DNA of 64,000 nucleotides from Eledone cirrhosa (GCA_964016885.1 OZ024760.1:5084001-5148000), one strand, 5' to 3'; counted from the stretch's first letter, positions 38,601-54,406 are shown. The notes: a model not told the origin generated them from the letters alone. Numbers and translations are program-made.

Positions 38601-41600
38601 CTCTCTCTCTCTCACCCACCTTTCAACTCAGAGCAAGTCCAGTCACTCAGACCATGCTTGGCTCTCTCTCTCTCTCACTCACCTTTCAACTCAGAGCAAG
38701 TCCCAGTCACTCAGACCATGCTTGGCTCTCTCTCTCTCACTCACCTTTCAACTCAGAGCAAGTCCAGTCACTCAGACCATGCTTGGCTCTCTCTCTCTCT
38801 CTCACCTTTCAACTCAGAGCAAGTCCAGTCACTCAGACCATGCTTGGCTCTCTCACTCTCCCCACTCACCTTTCAACTCAGAGCAAGTCCAGTCACTCAG
38901 ACCATGCTTGGCTCACTCCTCTCTCTCACACCACCTTTCAACTCAGAGCAAGTCCAGTGACTCAGACCATGCTTGGCTCTCTCCTCTCTCTCATCACCAC
39001 CTTTCAACTCAGAGCAAGTCCAGTCACTCAGACCATGCTTGGCTCTCTCTCTCTCTCACCCACCTTTCAACTCAGAGCAAGTCCAGTCACTCAGACCATG
39101 CTTGGCTCTCTCTCTCTCTCTCCCACCTTCAACTCAGAGCAAGTCCAGTCACTCAGACCATGCTTGGCTCTCTCTCTCTCTCTCACCCACCTTTCAACTC
39201 AGAGCAAGTCCAGTCACTCAGACCATGCTTGCTCTCTCTCTCTCTCTCTCTCACCTTTCAACTCAGAGCAAGTCCAGTCACTCAGACCATGCTTGGCTCT
39301 CTCTCTCTCTCACACCACCTTTCAACTCAGAGCAAGTCCAGTCACTCAGACCATGCTTGGCCTCTCTCTCTCTCTCTCTCTCTCACCTTTCAACTCAGAG
39401 CAAGTCCAGTCACTCAGACCATGCTTGGCTCTCTCTCTCTCTCACCCACCTTTCAACTCAGAGCAAGTCCAGTCACTCAGACCATGCTTGGCTCTCTCTC
39501 TCTCTCTCACCTTTCAACTCAGAGCAAGTCCAGTCACTCAGACCATGCTTGGCTCTCTCTCTCTCTCACCCCACCTTTCAACTCAGAGCAAGTCCAGTCA
39601 CTCAGACCATGCTTGGCTCTCTCTCTCTCTCACCTACCTTTCAACTCAGAGCAAGTCCAGAAACTCAGACCATGCTTGGCTCTCTCTCTCACCTTTCAAC
39701 TCAGAGCAAGTCCAGTCACTCAGACCATGCTTGGCTCTCTCTCTCTCTCACCCACCTTTCAACTCAGAGCAAGTCCAGTCACTCAGACCATGCTTGGCTC
39801 TCTCTCTCTCTCACCTACCTTTCAACTCAGAGCAAGTCCAGTCACTCAGGACCATGCTTGGCTCTCTCTCTCACCTTTCAACTCAGAGCAAGTCCAGTCA
39901 CTCAGACCATGCTTGGCTCTCTCTCTCTCTCTCTCTCTCACCTTTCAACTCAGAGCAAGTCCAGTCACTCAGACCATGCTTGGCTCTCTCTCTCTCTCTC
40001 TCTCACCTTTCAACTCAGAGCAAGTCCAGTCACTCAGACCATGCTTGGCTCTCTCTCTCTCTCACCTACCTTTCAACTCAGAGCAAGTCCAGTCACTCAG
40101 ACCATGCTTGGCTCTCTCTCTCTCCCACCTTTCAACTCAGAGCAAGTCCAGTCACTCAGACCATGCTTGCTCTCTCTCTCTCTCTCTCACCTTTCAACTC
40201 AGAGCAAGTCAGTCACTCAGACCATGCTTGGCTCTCTCTCTCTCTCACCTTTCAACTCAGAGCAAGTCCAGTCACTCAGACCATGCTTGGCTCTCTCTCT
40301 CTCACCCACCTTTCAACTCAGAGCAAGTCCAGTCACTCAGACCATGCTTGGCTCTCTCTCTCTCTCTCTCTCTCTCACCTTTCAACTCAGAGCAAGTCCA
40401 GTCACTCAGACATGCTTGGCTCTCTCTCTCTCTCTCTCACCTTTCAACTCAGAGCAAGTCCAGTCACTCAGACCATGCTTGGCTCTCTCTCTCTCTCTCT
40501 CACCTTTCAACTCAGAGCAAGTCCAGTCACTCAGACCATGCTTGGCTCTCTCTCTCTCTCACCTTTCAACTCAGAGCAAGTCCAGTCACTCAGACCATGC
40601 TTGGCTCTCTCTCTCTCTCACTCACCTTTCAACTCAGAGCAAGTCCAGTCACTCAGACCATGCTTGGCTCTCTCTCTCTCACCCACCTTTCAACTCAGAG
40701 CAAGTCCAGTCACTCAGACCATGCTTGGCTCTCTCTCTCTCCCACCTTTCAACTCAGAGCAAGTCCAGTCACTCAGACCATGCTTGGCTCTCTCTCTCTC
40801 TCACTCACCTTTCAACTCAGAGCAAGTCCAGTCACTCAGACCATGCTTGGCTCTCTCTCTCTCACCCACCTTTCAACTCAGAGCAAGTCCAGTCACTCAG
40901 ACCATGCTTGCTCTCTCTCTCTCACTCACCTTTCAACTCAGAGCAAGTCCAGTCACTCAGACCATGCTTGGCTCTCTCTCTCTCCCCACCTTTCAACTCA
41001 GAGCAAGTCCAGTCACTCAGACCATGCTTGGCTCTCTCTCTCTCTCACTCACCTTTCAACTCAGAGCAAGTCCAGTCACTCAGACCATGCTTGGCTCTCT
41101 CTCTCTCACCCACCTTTCAACTCAGAGCAAGTCCAGTCACTCAGACCATGCTTGGCTCTCTCTCTCTCACTCACCTTTCAACTCAGAGCAAGTCCAGTCA
41201 CTCAGACCATGCTTGGCTCTCTCTCTCTCTCTCACCCACCTTTCAACTCAGAGCAAGTCCAGTCACTCAGACCATGCTTGGCTCTCTCTCTCTCTCACCC
41301 ACCTTTCAACTCAGAGCAAGTCCAGTCACTCAGACCATGCTTGGCTCTCTCTCTCTCTCACCTTTCAACTCAGAGCAAGTCCAGTCACTCAGACCATGCT
41401 TGGCTCTCTCTCTCTCCCACCTTTCAACTCAGAGCAAGTCCAGTCACTCAGACCATGCTTGGCTCTCTCTCTCTCTCACTCACCTTTCAACTCAGAGCAA
41501 GTCCAGTCACTCAGACCATGCTTGGCTCTCTCTCTCTCTCTCTCTCTCACCTTTCAACTCAGAGCAAGTCCAGTCACTCAGACCATGCTTGGCTCTCTCT

Positions 41601-42535
41601 CTCTCTCTCTCACCTTTCAACTCAGAGCAAGTCCAGTCACTCAGACCATGCTTGGCTCTCTCTCTCTCTCTCTCTCACCTTTCAACTCAGAGCAAGTCCA
41701 GTCACTCAGACCATGCTTGGCTCTCTCTCTCTCTCTCCCACCTTTCAACTCAGAGCAAGTCCAGTCACTCAGACCATGCATGGCTCTCTCTCTCTCTCAC
41801 CTTTCAACTCAGAGCAAGTCCAGTCACTCAGACCATGCTTGGCTCCTCTCTCTCTCTCACCCACCTTTCAACTCAGAGCAAGTCCAGTCACTCAGACCAT
41901 GCTTGGCTCTCTCTCTCTCTCTCACCCACCTTTCAACTCAGAGCAAGTCCAGTCACTCAGACCTGCTTGGCTCTCTCTCTCTCTCACCCACCTTTCAACT
42001 CAGAGCAAGTCCAGTCACTCAGACCATGCTTGGCTCTCTCTCTCTCTCACCTTTCAACTCAGAGCAAGTCCAGTTCACTCAGACCATGCTTGGCTCTCTC
42101 TCTCTCTCACCCACCTTTCAACTCAGAGCAAGTCCAGTCACTCAGACCATGCTTGGCTCTCTCTCTCTCTCACCCACCTTTCAACTCAGAGCAAGTCCAG
42201 TCACTCAGACCATGCTTGGCTCTCTCTCTCTCTCTCACCCACCTTTCAACTCAGAGCAAGTCCAGTCACTCAGACCATGCTTGGCTCTCTCTCTCTCTCA
42301 CCCACCTTTCAACTCAGAGCAAGTCCAGTCACTCAGACCATGCTTGGCTCTCTCTCTCTCTCTCACCCACCTTTCAACTCAGAGCAAGTCCCAGTCACTC
42401 AGACCATGCTTGGCTCTCTCTCTCTCTCTCACCCACCTTTCAACTCAGAGCAAGTCCAGTCACTCAGACCATGCTTGGCTCTCTCTCTCTCTCACCTTTC
42501 AACTCAGAGCAAGTCCAGTCACTCAGACCATGCTT

Positions 42536-42569
<34 letters not shown>

Positions 42570-45500
42570 TTTCAACTCAGAGCAAGTCAGTCACTCAGAC
42601 CATGCTTGGCTCTCTCTCTCTCTCACCTTTCAACTCAGAGCAAGTCCAGTCACTCAGACCATGCTTGGCTCTCTCTCTCTCTCACCTTTCAACTCAGAGC
42701 AAGTCCAGTCACTCAGACCATGCTTGGCTCTCTCTCTCTCTCTCACCTTTCAACTCAGAGCAAGTCCAGTCACTCAGACCATGCTTGGCTCTCTCTCGCT
42801 CTCACCTTTCAACTCAGAGCAAGTCCAGTCACTCAGACCATGCTTGGCTCTCTCTCTCTCCCACCTTTCAACTCAGAGCAAGTCCAGTCACTCAGACCAT
42901 GCTTGGCTCTCTCTCTCTCTCACTCACCTTTCAACTCAGAGCAAGTCCAGTCACTCAGACCATGCTTGGCTCTCTCTCTCTCACCCACCTTTCAACTCAG
43001 AGCAAGTCCAGTCACTCAGACCATGCTTGGCTCTCTCTCTCTCTCACTCACCTTTCAACTCAGAGCAAGTCCAGTCACTCAGACCATGCTTGGCTCTCTC
43101 TCTCTCACCCACCTTTCAACTCAGAGCAAGTCCAGTCACTCAGACCATGCTTGGCTCTCTCTCTCTCTCACTCACCTTTCAACTCAGAGCAAGTCCAGTC
43201 ACTCAGACCATGCTTGGCTCTCTCTCTCTCTCACCCACCTTTCAACTCGAGCAAGTCCAGTCACTCAGACCATTCTTCGCTCTCTCTCTCTCACTCACCT
43301 TTCAACTCAGAGCAAGTCCAGTCACTCAGACCATGCTTGGCTCTCTCTCTCTCTCTCACCCACCTTTCAACTCAGAGCAAGTCCAGTCACTCAGACCATG
43401 CTTGGCTCTCTCTCTCTCTCACCCACCTTTCAACTCAGAGCAAGTCCAGTCACTCAGACCATGCTTGGCTCTCTCTCTCTCTCACCTTTCAACTCAGAGC
43501 AAGTCCAGTCACTCAGACCATGCTTGGCTCTCTCTCTCTCTCTCACCCACCTTTCAACTCAGAGCAAGTCCAGTCACTCAGACCATGCTTGGCTCTCTCT
43601 CTCTCTCACCCACCTTTCAACTCAGAGCAAGTCCAGTCACTCAGACCATGCTTGGCTCTCTCTCTCTCTCTCTCACCCACCTTTCAACTCAGAGCAAGTC
43701 CAGTCACTCAGACCATGTTTGGCTCTCTCTCTCTCTCACCCACCTTTCAACTCAGAGCAAGTCCAGTCACTCAGACTATGCTTGGCTCTCTCTCTCTCTC
43801 TCACCCACCTTTCAACTCAGAGCAAGTCCAGTCACTCAGACCATGCTTGGCTCTCTCTCTCTCACCTTTCAACTCAGAGCAAGTCCAGTCACTCAGACCA
43901 TGCTTGGCTCTCTCTCTCTCTCACCCTTTCAACTCAGAGCAAGTCCAGTCACTCAGACCATGCTTGGCTCTCTCTCTCTCTCTCACCCACCTTTCAACTC
44001 AGAGCAAGTCCAGTCACTCAGACCATGTTTGGTTCTCTCTCTCTCTCACCACCTTTCAACTCAGAGCAAGTCCAGTCACTCAGACCTATGCTTGGCTCTC
44101 TCTCTCTCTCACTCACCTTTCAACTCAGAGCAAGTCCAGTCACTCAGACCATGCTTGGCTCTCTCTCTCTCTCTCACCTTTCAACTCAGAGCAAGTCCAG
44201 TCACTCAGACCATGCTTGGCTCTCTCTCTCTCTCACCTTTCAACTCAGAGCAAGTCCAGTCACTCAGACCCATGCTTGGCTCTCTCTCTCTCTCACACCC
44301 ACCTTTCAACTCTCTCTCTCACCCACCTTTCAACTCAGAGCAAGTCCAGTCACTCAGACCATGCTTGGCTCTCTCTCTCTCTCACCCACCTTTCAACTCA
44401 GAGCAAGTCCAGTCACTCAGACCATGCTTGGCTCTCTCTCTCTCTCTCACCCACCTTTCAACTCAGAGCAAGTCCAGTCACTCAGACCATGCTTGGCTCT
44501 CTCTCTCTCTCACCCACCTTTCAACTCAGAGCAAGTCCAGTCACTCAGACCATGCTTGGCTCTCTCTCTCTCTCACCCACCTTTCAACTCAGAGCAAGTC
44601 CAGTCACTCAGACCATGCTTGGCTCTCTCTCTCTCTCACCCACCTTTCAACTCAGAGCAAGTCCAGTCACTCAGACCATGCTTGGCTCTCTCCTCTCTCT
44701 CACCCACCTTTCAACTCAGAGCAAGTCCAGTCACTCAGACCATGCTTGGCTCTCTCTCTCTCTCACCCACCTTTCAACTCAGAGCAAGTCCAGTCACTCA
44801 GACCATGCTTGGCTCTCTCTCTCTCTCTCACCACCTTTCAACTCAGAGCAAGTCCAGTCACTCAGACCATGCTTGGCTCTCTCTCTCTCTCTCACCCACC
44901 TTTCAACTCAGAGCAAGTCCAGTCACTCAGACCATGCTTGGCTCTCTCTCTCTCTCCCACCTTTCAACTCAGAGCAAGTCCAGTCACTCAGACCATGCTT
45001 GGCTCTCTCTCTCTCACTCCACCTTTCAACTCAGAGCAAGTCCAGTCACTCAGACCATGCTTGGCTCTCTCTCTCTCTCACCACCTTTCAACTCAGAGCA
45101 AGTCCAGTCACTCAGACCATGCTTGGCTCTCTCTCTCTCTCTCACCCACCTTTCAACTCAGAGCAAGTCCAGTCACTCAGACCATGCTTGGCTCTCTCTC
45201 TCTCTCACCCACCTTTCAACTCAGAGCAAGTCCAGTCACTCAGACCATGCTTGGCTCTCTCTCTCTCTCACCCACCTTTCAACTCAGAGCAAGTCCAGTC
45301 ACTCAGACCATGCTTGGCTCTCTCTCTCTCTCTCACCCACCTTTCAACTCAGAGCAAGTCCAGTCACTCAGACCATGCTTGGCTCTCTCTCTCTCTCACC
45401 CACCTTTCAACTCAGAGCAAGTCCAGTCACTCAGACCATGCTTGGCTCTCTCTCTCTCACCCACCTTTCAACTCAGAGCAAGTCCAGTCACTCAGACCAT

Positions 45501-48500
45501 GCTTGGCTCTCTCTCTCTCTCTCCCACCTTTCAACTCAGAGCAAGTCCAGTCACTCAGACCATGCTTGGCTCTCTCTCTCTCTCCCACCTTTCAACTCAG
45601 AGCAAGTCCAGTCACTCAGACCATGCTTGGCTCTCTCTCTCTCTCACCCACCTTTCAACTCAGAGCAAGTCCAGTCACTCAGACCATGCTTGGCTCTCTC
45701 TCTCTCACCCACCTTTCAACTCAGAGCAAGTCCAGTCACTCAGACCATGCTTGGCTCTCTCTCTCTCTCACCACCTTTCAACTCAGAGCAAGTCCAGTCA
45801 CTCAGACCATGCTTGGCTCTCTCTCTCTCTCACCCACCTTTCAACTCAGAGCAAGTCCAGTCACTCAGACCATGCTTGGCTCTCTCTCTCTCTCTCACCC
45901 ACCTTTCAACTCAGAGCAAGTCCAGTCACTCAGACCATGCTTGGCTCTCTCTCTCTCTCACCCACCTTTCAACTCAGAGCAAGTCCAGTCACTCAGACCA
46001 TGCTTGGCTCTCTCTCCTCTCTCACCCACCTTTCAACTCAGAGCAAGTCCAGTCACTCAGACCATGCTTGGCTCTCTCTCTCTCTCACCCACCTTTCAAC
46101 TCAGAGCAAGTCCAGTCACTCAGACCATGCTTGGCTCTCTCTCTCTCTCTCCACCTTTCAACTCAGAGCAAGTCCAGTCACTCAGACCATGCTTGGCTCT
46201 CTCTCTCTCTCTCCACCTTTCAACTCAGAGCAAGTCCAGTCACTCAGACCATGCTTGGCTCTCTCTCTCACCACCTTTCAACTCAGAGCAAGTCCAGTCA
46301 CTCAGACCATGCTTGGCTCTCTCTCTCTCTCACCCACCTTTCAACTCAGAGCAAGTCCAGTCACTCAGACCATGCTTGGCTCTCTCTCTCTCTCACCCAC
46401 CTTTCAACTCAGAGCAAGTCCAGTCACTCAGACCATGCTTGGCTCTCTCTCTCTCTCACCCACCTTTCAACTCAGAGCAAGTCCAGTCACTCAGACCATG
46501 CTTGGCTCTCTCTCTCTCTCACCCACCTTTCAACTCAGAGCAAGTCCAGTCACTCAGACCATGCTTGGCTCTCTCTCTCTCTCACCCACCTTTCAACTCA
46601 GAGCAAGTCCAGTCACTCAGACCATGCTTGGCTCTCTCTCTCTCTCACCCACCTTTCAACTCAGAGCAAGTCCAGTCACTCAGACCATGCTTGGCTCTCT
46701 CTCTCTCTCACCCACCTTTCAACTCAGAGCAAGTCCAGTCACTCAGACCATGCTTGGCTCTCTCTCTCTCTCTCACCCACCTTTCAACTCAGAGCAAGTC
46801 CAGTCACTCAGACCATGCTTGGCTCTCTCTCTCTCTCACCCACCTTTCAACTCAGAGCAAGTCCAGTCACTCAGACCATGCTTGGCTCTCTCTCTCTCTC
46901 ACCACCTTTCAACTCAGAGCAAGTCCAGTCACTCAGACCATGCTTGGCTCTCTCTCTCTCTCACCCACCTTTCAACTCAGAGCAAGTCCAGTCACTCAGA
47001 CCATGCTTGGCTCTCTCTCTCTCTCTCCCACCTTTCAACTCAGAGCAAGTCCAGTCACTCAGACCATGCTTGGCTCTCTCTCTCTCTCACCACCTTTCAA
47101 CTCAGAGCAAGTCCAGTCACTCAGACCATGCTTGGCTCTCTCTCTCTCACCACCTTTCAACTCAGAGCAAGTCCAGTCACTCAGACCATGCTTGGCTCTC
47201 TCTCTCTCTCACCCACCTTTCAACTCAGAGCAAGTCCAGTCACTCAGACCATGCTTGGCTCTCTCTCTCTCTCACCCACCTTTCAACTCAGAGCAAGTCC
47301 AGTCACTCAGACCATGCTTGGCTCTCTCTCTCTCTCACCCACCTTTCAACTCAGAGCAAGTCCAGTCACTCAGACCATGCTTGGCTCTCTCTCTCTCTCT
47401 CACCCACCTTTCAACTCAGAGCAAGTCCAGTCACTCAGACCATGCTTGGCTCTCTCTCTCTCTCTCCCACCTTTCAACTCAGAGCAAGTCCAGTCACTCA
47501 GACCATGCTTGGCTCTCTCTCTCTCACCCACCTTTCAACTCAGAGCAAGTCCAGTCACTCAGACCATGCTTGGCTCTCTCTCTCTCTCACCCACCTTTCA
47601 ACTCAGAGCAAGTCCAGTCACTCAGACCATGCTTGGCTCTCTCTCTCTCTCACCCACCTTTCAACTCAGAGCAAGTCCAGTCACTCAGACCATGCTTGGC
47701 TCTCTCTCTCTCTCACCCACCTTTCAACTCAGAGCAAGTCCAGTCACTCAGACCATGCTTGGCTCTCTCTCTCTCTCACCCACCTTTCAACTCAGAGCAA
47801 GTCCAGTCACTCAGACCATGCTTGGCTCTCTCTCTCCTCTCACCCACCTTTCAACTCAGAGCAAGTCCAGTCACTCAGACCATGCTTGGCTCTCTCTCTC
47901 TCACCCACCTTTCAACTCAGAGCAAGTCCAGTCACTCAGACCATGCTTGGCTCTCTCTCTCTCTCACCCACCTTTCAACTCAGAGCAAGTCCAGTCACTC
48001 AGACCATGCTTGGCTCTCTCTCTCTCACTCCACCTTTCAACTCAGAGCAAGTCCAGTCACTCAGACCATGCTTGGCTCTCTCTCTCTCTCTCACCCACCT
48101 TTCAACTCAGAGCAAGTCCAGTCACTCAGACCATGCTTGGCTCTCTCTCTCTCTCTCACCCACCTTTCAACTCAGAGCAAGTCCAGTCACTCAGACCATG
48201 CTTGGCTCTCTCTCTCTCACCCACCTTTCAACTCAGAGCAAGTCCAGTCACTCAGACCATGCTTGGCTCTCTCTCTCTCTCACCCACCTTTCAACTCAGA
48301 GCAAGTCCAGTCACTCAGACCATGCTTGGCTCTCTCTCTCTCTCACCCACCTTTCAACTCAGAGCAAGTCCAGTCACTCAGACCATGCTTGGCTCTCTCT
48401 CTCTCACCCACCTTTCAACTCAGAGCAAGTCCAGTCACTCAGACCATGCTTGGCTCTCTCTCTCTCACCCACCTTTCAACTCAGAGCAAGTCCAGTCACT

Positions 48501-50868
48501 CAGACCATGCTTGGCTCTCTCTCTCTCTCACCCACCTTTCAACTCAGAGCAAGTCCAGTCACTCAGACCATGCTTGGCTCTCTCTCTCTCACCCACCTTT
48601 CAACTCAGAGCAAGTCCAGTCACTCAGACCATGCTTGGCTCTCTCTCTCTCTCACCCACCTTTCAACTCAGAGCAAGTCCAGTCACTCAGACCATGCTTG
48701 GCTCTCTCTCTCTCTCTCACCCACCTTTCAACTCAGAGCAAGTCCAGTCACTCAGACCATGCTTGGCTCTCTCTCTCTCTCACCCACCTTTCAACTCAGA
48801 GCAAGTCCAGTCACTCAGACCATGCTTGGCTCTCTCTCTCTCTCTCACCCACCTTTCAACTCAGAGCAAGTCCAGTCACTCAGACCATGCTTGGCTCTCT
48901 CTCTCTCACCCACCTTTCAACTCAGAGCAAGTCCAGTCACTCAGACCATGCTTGGCTCTCTCTCTCTCTCTCCCCACCTTTCAACTCAGAGCAAGTCCAG
49001 TCACCTCAGACCATGCTTGGCTCTCTCTCTCTCTCACCCACCTTTCAACTCAGAGCAAGTCCAGTCACTCAGACCATGCTTGGCTCTCTCTCTCTCACCC
49101 ACCTTTCAACTCAGAGCAAGTCCAGTCACTCAGACCATGCTTGGCTCTCTCTCTCTCTCACCACCTTTCAACTCAGAGCAAGTCCAGTCACTCAGACCAT
49201 GCTTGGCTCTCTCTCTCTCTCACCACCTTTCAACTCAGAGCAAGTCCAGTCACTCAGACCATGCTTGGCTCTCTCTCTCTCACCCACCTTTCAACTCAGA
49301 GCAAGTCCAGTCACTCAGACCATGCTTGGCTCTCTCTCTCTCTCACCCACCTTTCAACTCAGAGCAAGTCCAGTCACTCAGACCATGCTTGGCTCTCTCT
49401 CTCTCTCACCCACCTTTCAACTCAGAGCAAGTCCAGTCACTCAGACCATGCTTGGCTCTCTCTCTCTCTCACCCACCTTTCAACTCAGAGCAAGTCCAGT
49501 CACTCAGACCATGCTTGGCTCTCTCTCTCTCTCACCCACCTTTCAACTCAGAGCAAGTCCAGTCACTCAGACCATGCTTGGCTCTCTCTCTCTCTCACCC
49601 ACCTTTCAACTCAGAGCAAGTCCAGTCACTCAGACCATGCTTGGCTCTCTCTCTCTCTCACCCACCTTTCAACTCAGAGCAAGTCCAGTCACTCAGACCA
49701 TGCTTGGCTCTCTCTCTTCTCTCTCACCCACCTTTCAACTCAGAGCAAGTCCAGTCACTCAGACCATGCTTGGGCTCTCTCTCTCTCTCACCCACCTTTC
49801 AACTCAGAGCAAGTCAGTCACTCAGACCATGCTTGGCTCTCTCTCTCTCTCACACCTTTCAACTCAGAGCAAGTCCAGTCACTCAGACCATGCTTGGCTC
49901 TCTCTCTCTCACCCACCTTTCAACTCAGAGCAAGTCCAGTCACTCAGACCATGCTTGGCTCTCTCTCTCTCTCACCCACCTTTCAACTCAGAGCAAGTCC
50001 AGTCACTCAGACCATGCTTGGCTCTCTCTCTCTCTCTCACCCACCTTTCAACTCAGAGCAAGTCCAGTCACTCAGACCATGCTTGGCTCTCTCTCTCTCT
50101 CACCCACCTTTCAACTCAGAGCAAGTCCAGTCACTCAGACCATGCTTGCTCTCTCTCTCTCTCTCACCCACCTTTCAACTCAGAGCAAGTCCAGTCACTC
50201 AGACCATGCTTGGCTCTCTCTCTCTCTCACCCACCTTTCAACTCAGAGCAAGTCCAGTCACTCAGACCATGCTTGGCTCTCTCTCTCTCTCACCCACCTT
50301 TCAACTCAGAGCAAGTCCAGTCACTCAGACCATGCTTGGCTCTCTCTCTCTCTCACCCACCTTTCAACTCAGAGCAAGTCCAGTCACTCAGACCATGCTT
50401 GGCTCTCTCTCTCTCTCTCACCCACCTTTCAACTCAGAGCAAGTCCAGTCACTCAGACCATGCTTGGCCTCTCTCTCTCTCTCTCACCCACCTTTCAACT
50501 CAGAGCAAGTCCAGTCACTCAGACCATGCTTGGCTCTCTCTCTCTCTCACCCACCTTTCAACTCAGAGCAAGTCCAGTCACTCAGACCATGCTTGGCTCT
50601 CTCTCTCTCTCACCACCTTTCAACTCAGAGCAAGTCCAGTCACTCAGACCATGCTTGGCTCTCTCTCTCTCTCACCCACCTTTCAACTCAGAGCAAGTCC
50701 AGTCACTCAGACCATGCTTGGCTCTCTCTCTCTCACCCACCTTTCAACTCAGAGCAAGTCCAGTCACTCAGACCATGCTTGGCTCTCTCTCTCTCTCTCA
50801 CCCACCTTTCAACTCAGAGCAAGTCCAGTCACTCAGACCATGCTTGGCTCTCTCTCTCTCTCCTCACC
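35617..50868. repeat. Homogeneous tandem satellite, ~58-66 bp unit, roughly 245 copies, ending in an assembly gap
   Basis: Unit CACCTTTCAACTCAGAGCAAGTCCAGTCACTCAGACCATGCTTGG(CT)n(CACC). Length varies mainly in the (CT)n tract. Confidence 0.97.
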
Positions 50869-51068
50869 NNNNNNNNNNNNNNNNNNNNNNNNNNNNNNNN
50901 NNNNNNNNNNNNNNNNNNNNNNNNNNNNNNNNNNNNNNNNNNNNNNNNNNNNNNNNNNNNNNNNNNNNNNNNNNNNNNNNNNNNNNNNNNNNNNNNNNNN
51001 NNNNNNNNNNNNNNNNNNNNNNNNNNNNNNNNNNNNNNNNNNNNNNNNNNNNNNNNNNNNNNNNNNNN
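50869..51068. other. Assembly gap (200 N)
   Basis: Run of N. Confidence 0.99.
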
Positions 51069-51101
51069 TATATATATATATGTACATATATTATATAATA
51101 T

Positions 51102-51283
<182 letters not shown>

Positions 51284-51319
51284 CATATATATATATACAT
51301 ATATATATATACACATATA

Positions 51320-51478
<159 letters not shown>

Positions 51479-51483
51479 ATATT

Positions 51484-51635
<152 letters not shown>

Positions 51636-51692
51636 ATATACATATATATATATATATCTATATATATATATATACATATATATATTATATAC

Positions 51693-51815
<123 letters not shown>

Positions 51816-51820
51816 CATAC

Positions 51821-52123
<303 letters not shown>

Positions 52124-52164
52124 TATATTCATATATATATATATATATATACATATATATATTC

Positions 52165-52195
<31 letters not shown>

Positions 52196-52280
52196 CATAT
52201 ATATATATGTATATATATATATATTCATATATATATATATGTATATATATATATATTCATATATATATGTGTATATATAC

Positions 52281-52323
<43 letters not shown>

Positions 52324-52394
52324 TATACATATATATATTCATATATATATATATGTATATATATATATATTCATATATATATGTGTATATATAC

Positions 52395-52435
<41 letters not shown>

Positions 52436-52452
52436 TATACATATATATATAC

Positions 52453-52493
<41 letters not shown>

Positions 52494-52536
52494 TATATAC
52501 ATATATATACATATATATACATATATATATATATAC

Positions 52537-52569
<33 letters not shown>

Positions 52570-52624
52570 CATATATATACATATATATATATACATATAT
52601 ATACATATATATATATATATATAT

Positions 52625-53066
52625 GCAAAGTTTTATTTAAAGTTGGGTTACAACGAGTAAATATTTATAACTGATATAAAAGCACTCAACAAATATTTGG
52701 AGTATATTTACGATATTAAATAAATGGAAACTATATTTATAAAACCATAGTTATTTCATTATATATATTTCAGGGATATCATATTAAAAATATGGTATGC
52801 CTTCATCAGACAAAATACAATATAAACAGTCTTATAAATAGATAGATTTGACATACCTTACAACTTCAACTTCCATTTAAAAAGTTGATTTGGTAGTGAA
52901 AAATGTTAGGGACAGTTATAAAAAGAAAGAAAGAAAGAAAGCGAAGAAAAAGAAGAAATGCATGCAACGAAAAACAGAGAGAGATAGATATAGAGAGATA
53001 GATAGAGAGAAGAAATTCATGTAAAGAAAAAACGGAGAGAGATAGATAGAGATATAAAAAAGACAG

Positions 53067-53099
<33 letters not shown>

Positions 53100-53398
53100 A
53101 GAGAGAGAGAGAAAAAATAGAGAGAGATAGATATAGATAGAGATAGAGAGAAAGAAAATAGGTAGTTGGGCACCAGTTGAATGACGTATAACTGTCCCTA
53201 ACATTTTTCACTACCAAATCAACTTTTTAAATGGAAGTTGAAGTTGTAAGGTATGTCAAATCTATCTATTTATAAGACTGTTTATATTGTATTTTGACTG
53301 ATGAAGGCATACCATATTTTTAATATGATATCCCTGAAATATATATAATGAAATAAATATGGTTTTATAAATATAGTTTCCATTTATTTAATATCGTA
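52625..53398 (-). mobile_element. ORF-less Penelope pLTR fold-back (tail + ~212 bp inverted arms + purine-rich spacer)
   Basis: Homologous to 4057-4290. Arms 52708-52920 and 53187-53398. Hammerheads at 52752-52817(-) and 53290-53355(+). Confidence 0.85.
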
Positions 53399-53409
53399 TA
53401 TATATATAC

Positions 53410-53520
<111 letters not shown>

Positions 53521-53521
53521 C

Positions 53522-53658
<137 letters not shown>

Positions 53659-53667
53659 TATATAAAC

Positions 53668-53838
<171 letters not shown>

Positions 53839-53844
53839 CATATG

Positions 53845-53881
<37 letters not shown>

Positions 53882-53916
53882 TTACATATATATATATATA
53901 TACATATATATATATT

Positions 53917-53960
<44 letters not shown>

Positions 53961-53961
53961 T

Positions 53962-54003
<42 letters not shown>

Positions 54004-54045
54004 TTACATATATATATATATATTATATATATTTACATATATATA

Positions 54046-54196
<151 letters not shown>

Positions 54197-54209
54197 CATA
54201 TATATATAC

Positions 54210-54279
<70 letters not shown>

Positions 54280-54323
54280 TTACATATATATATATATGTA
54301 CATATATATATATATATATTTAC

Positions 54324-54406
<83 letters not shown>

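Noticed and set aside
35617-50868. CRISPR-like array
   Set aside because: No unique spacers, only (CT)n length variation. Eukaryotic context and no cas genes.
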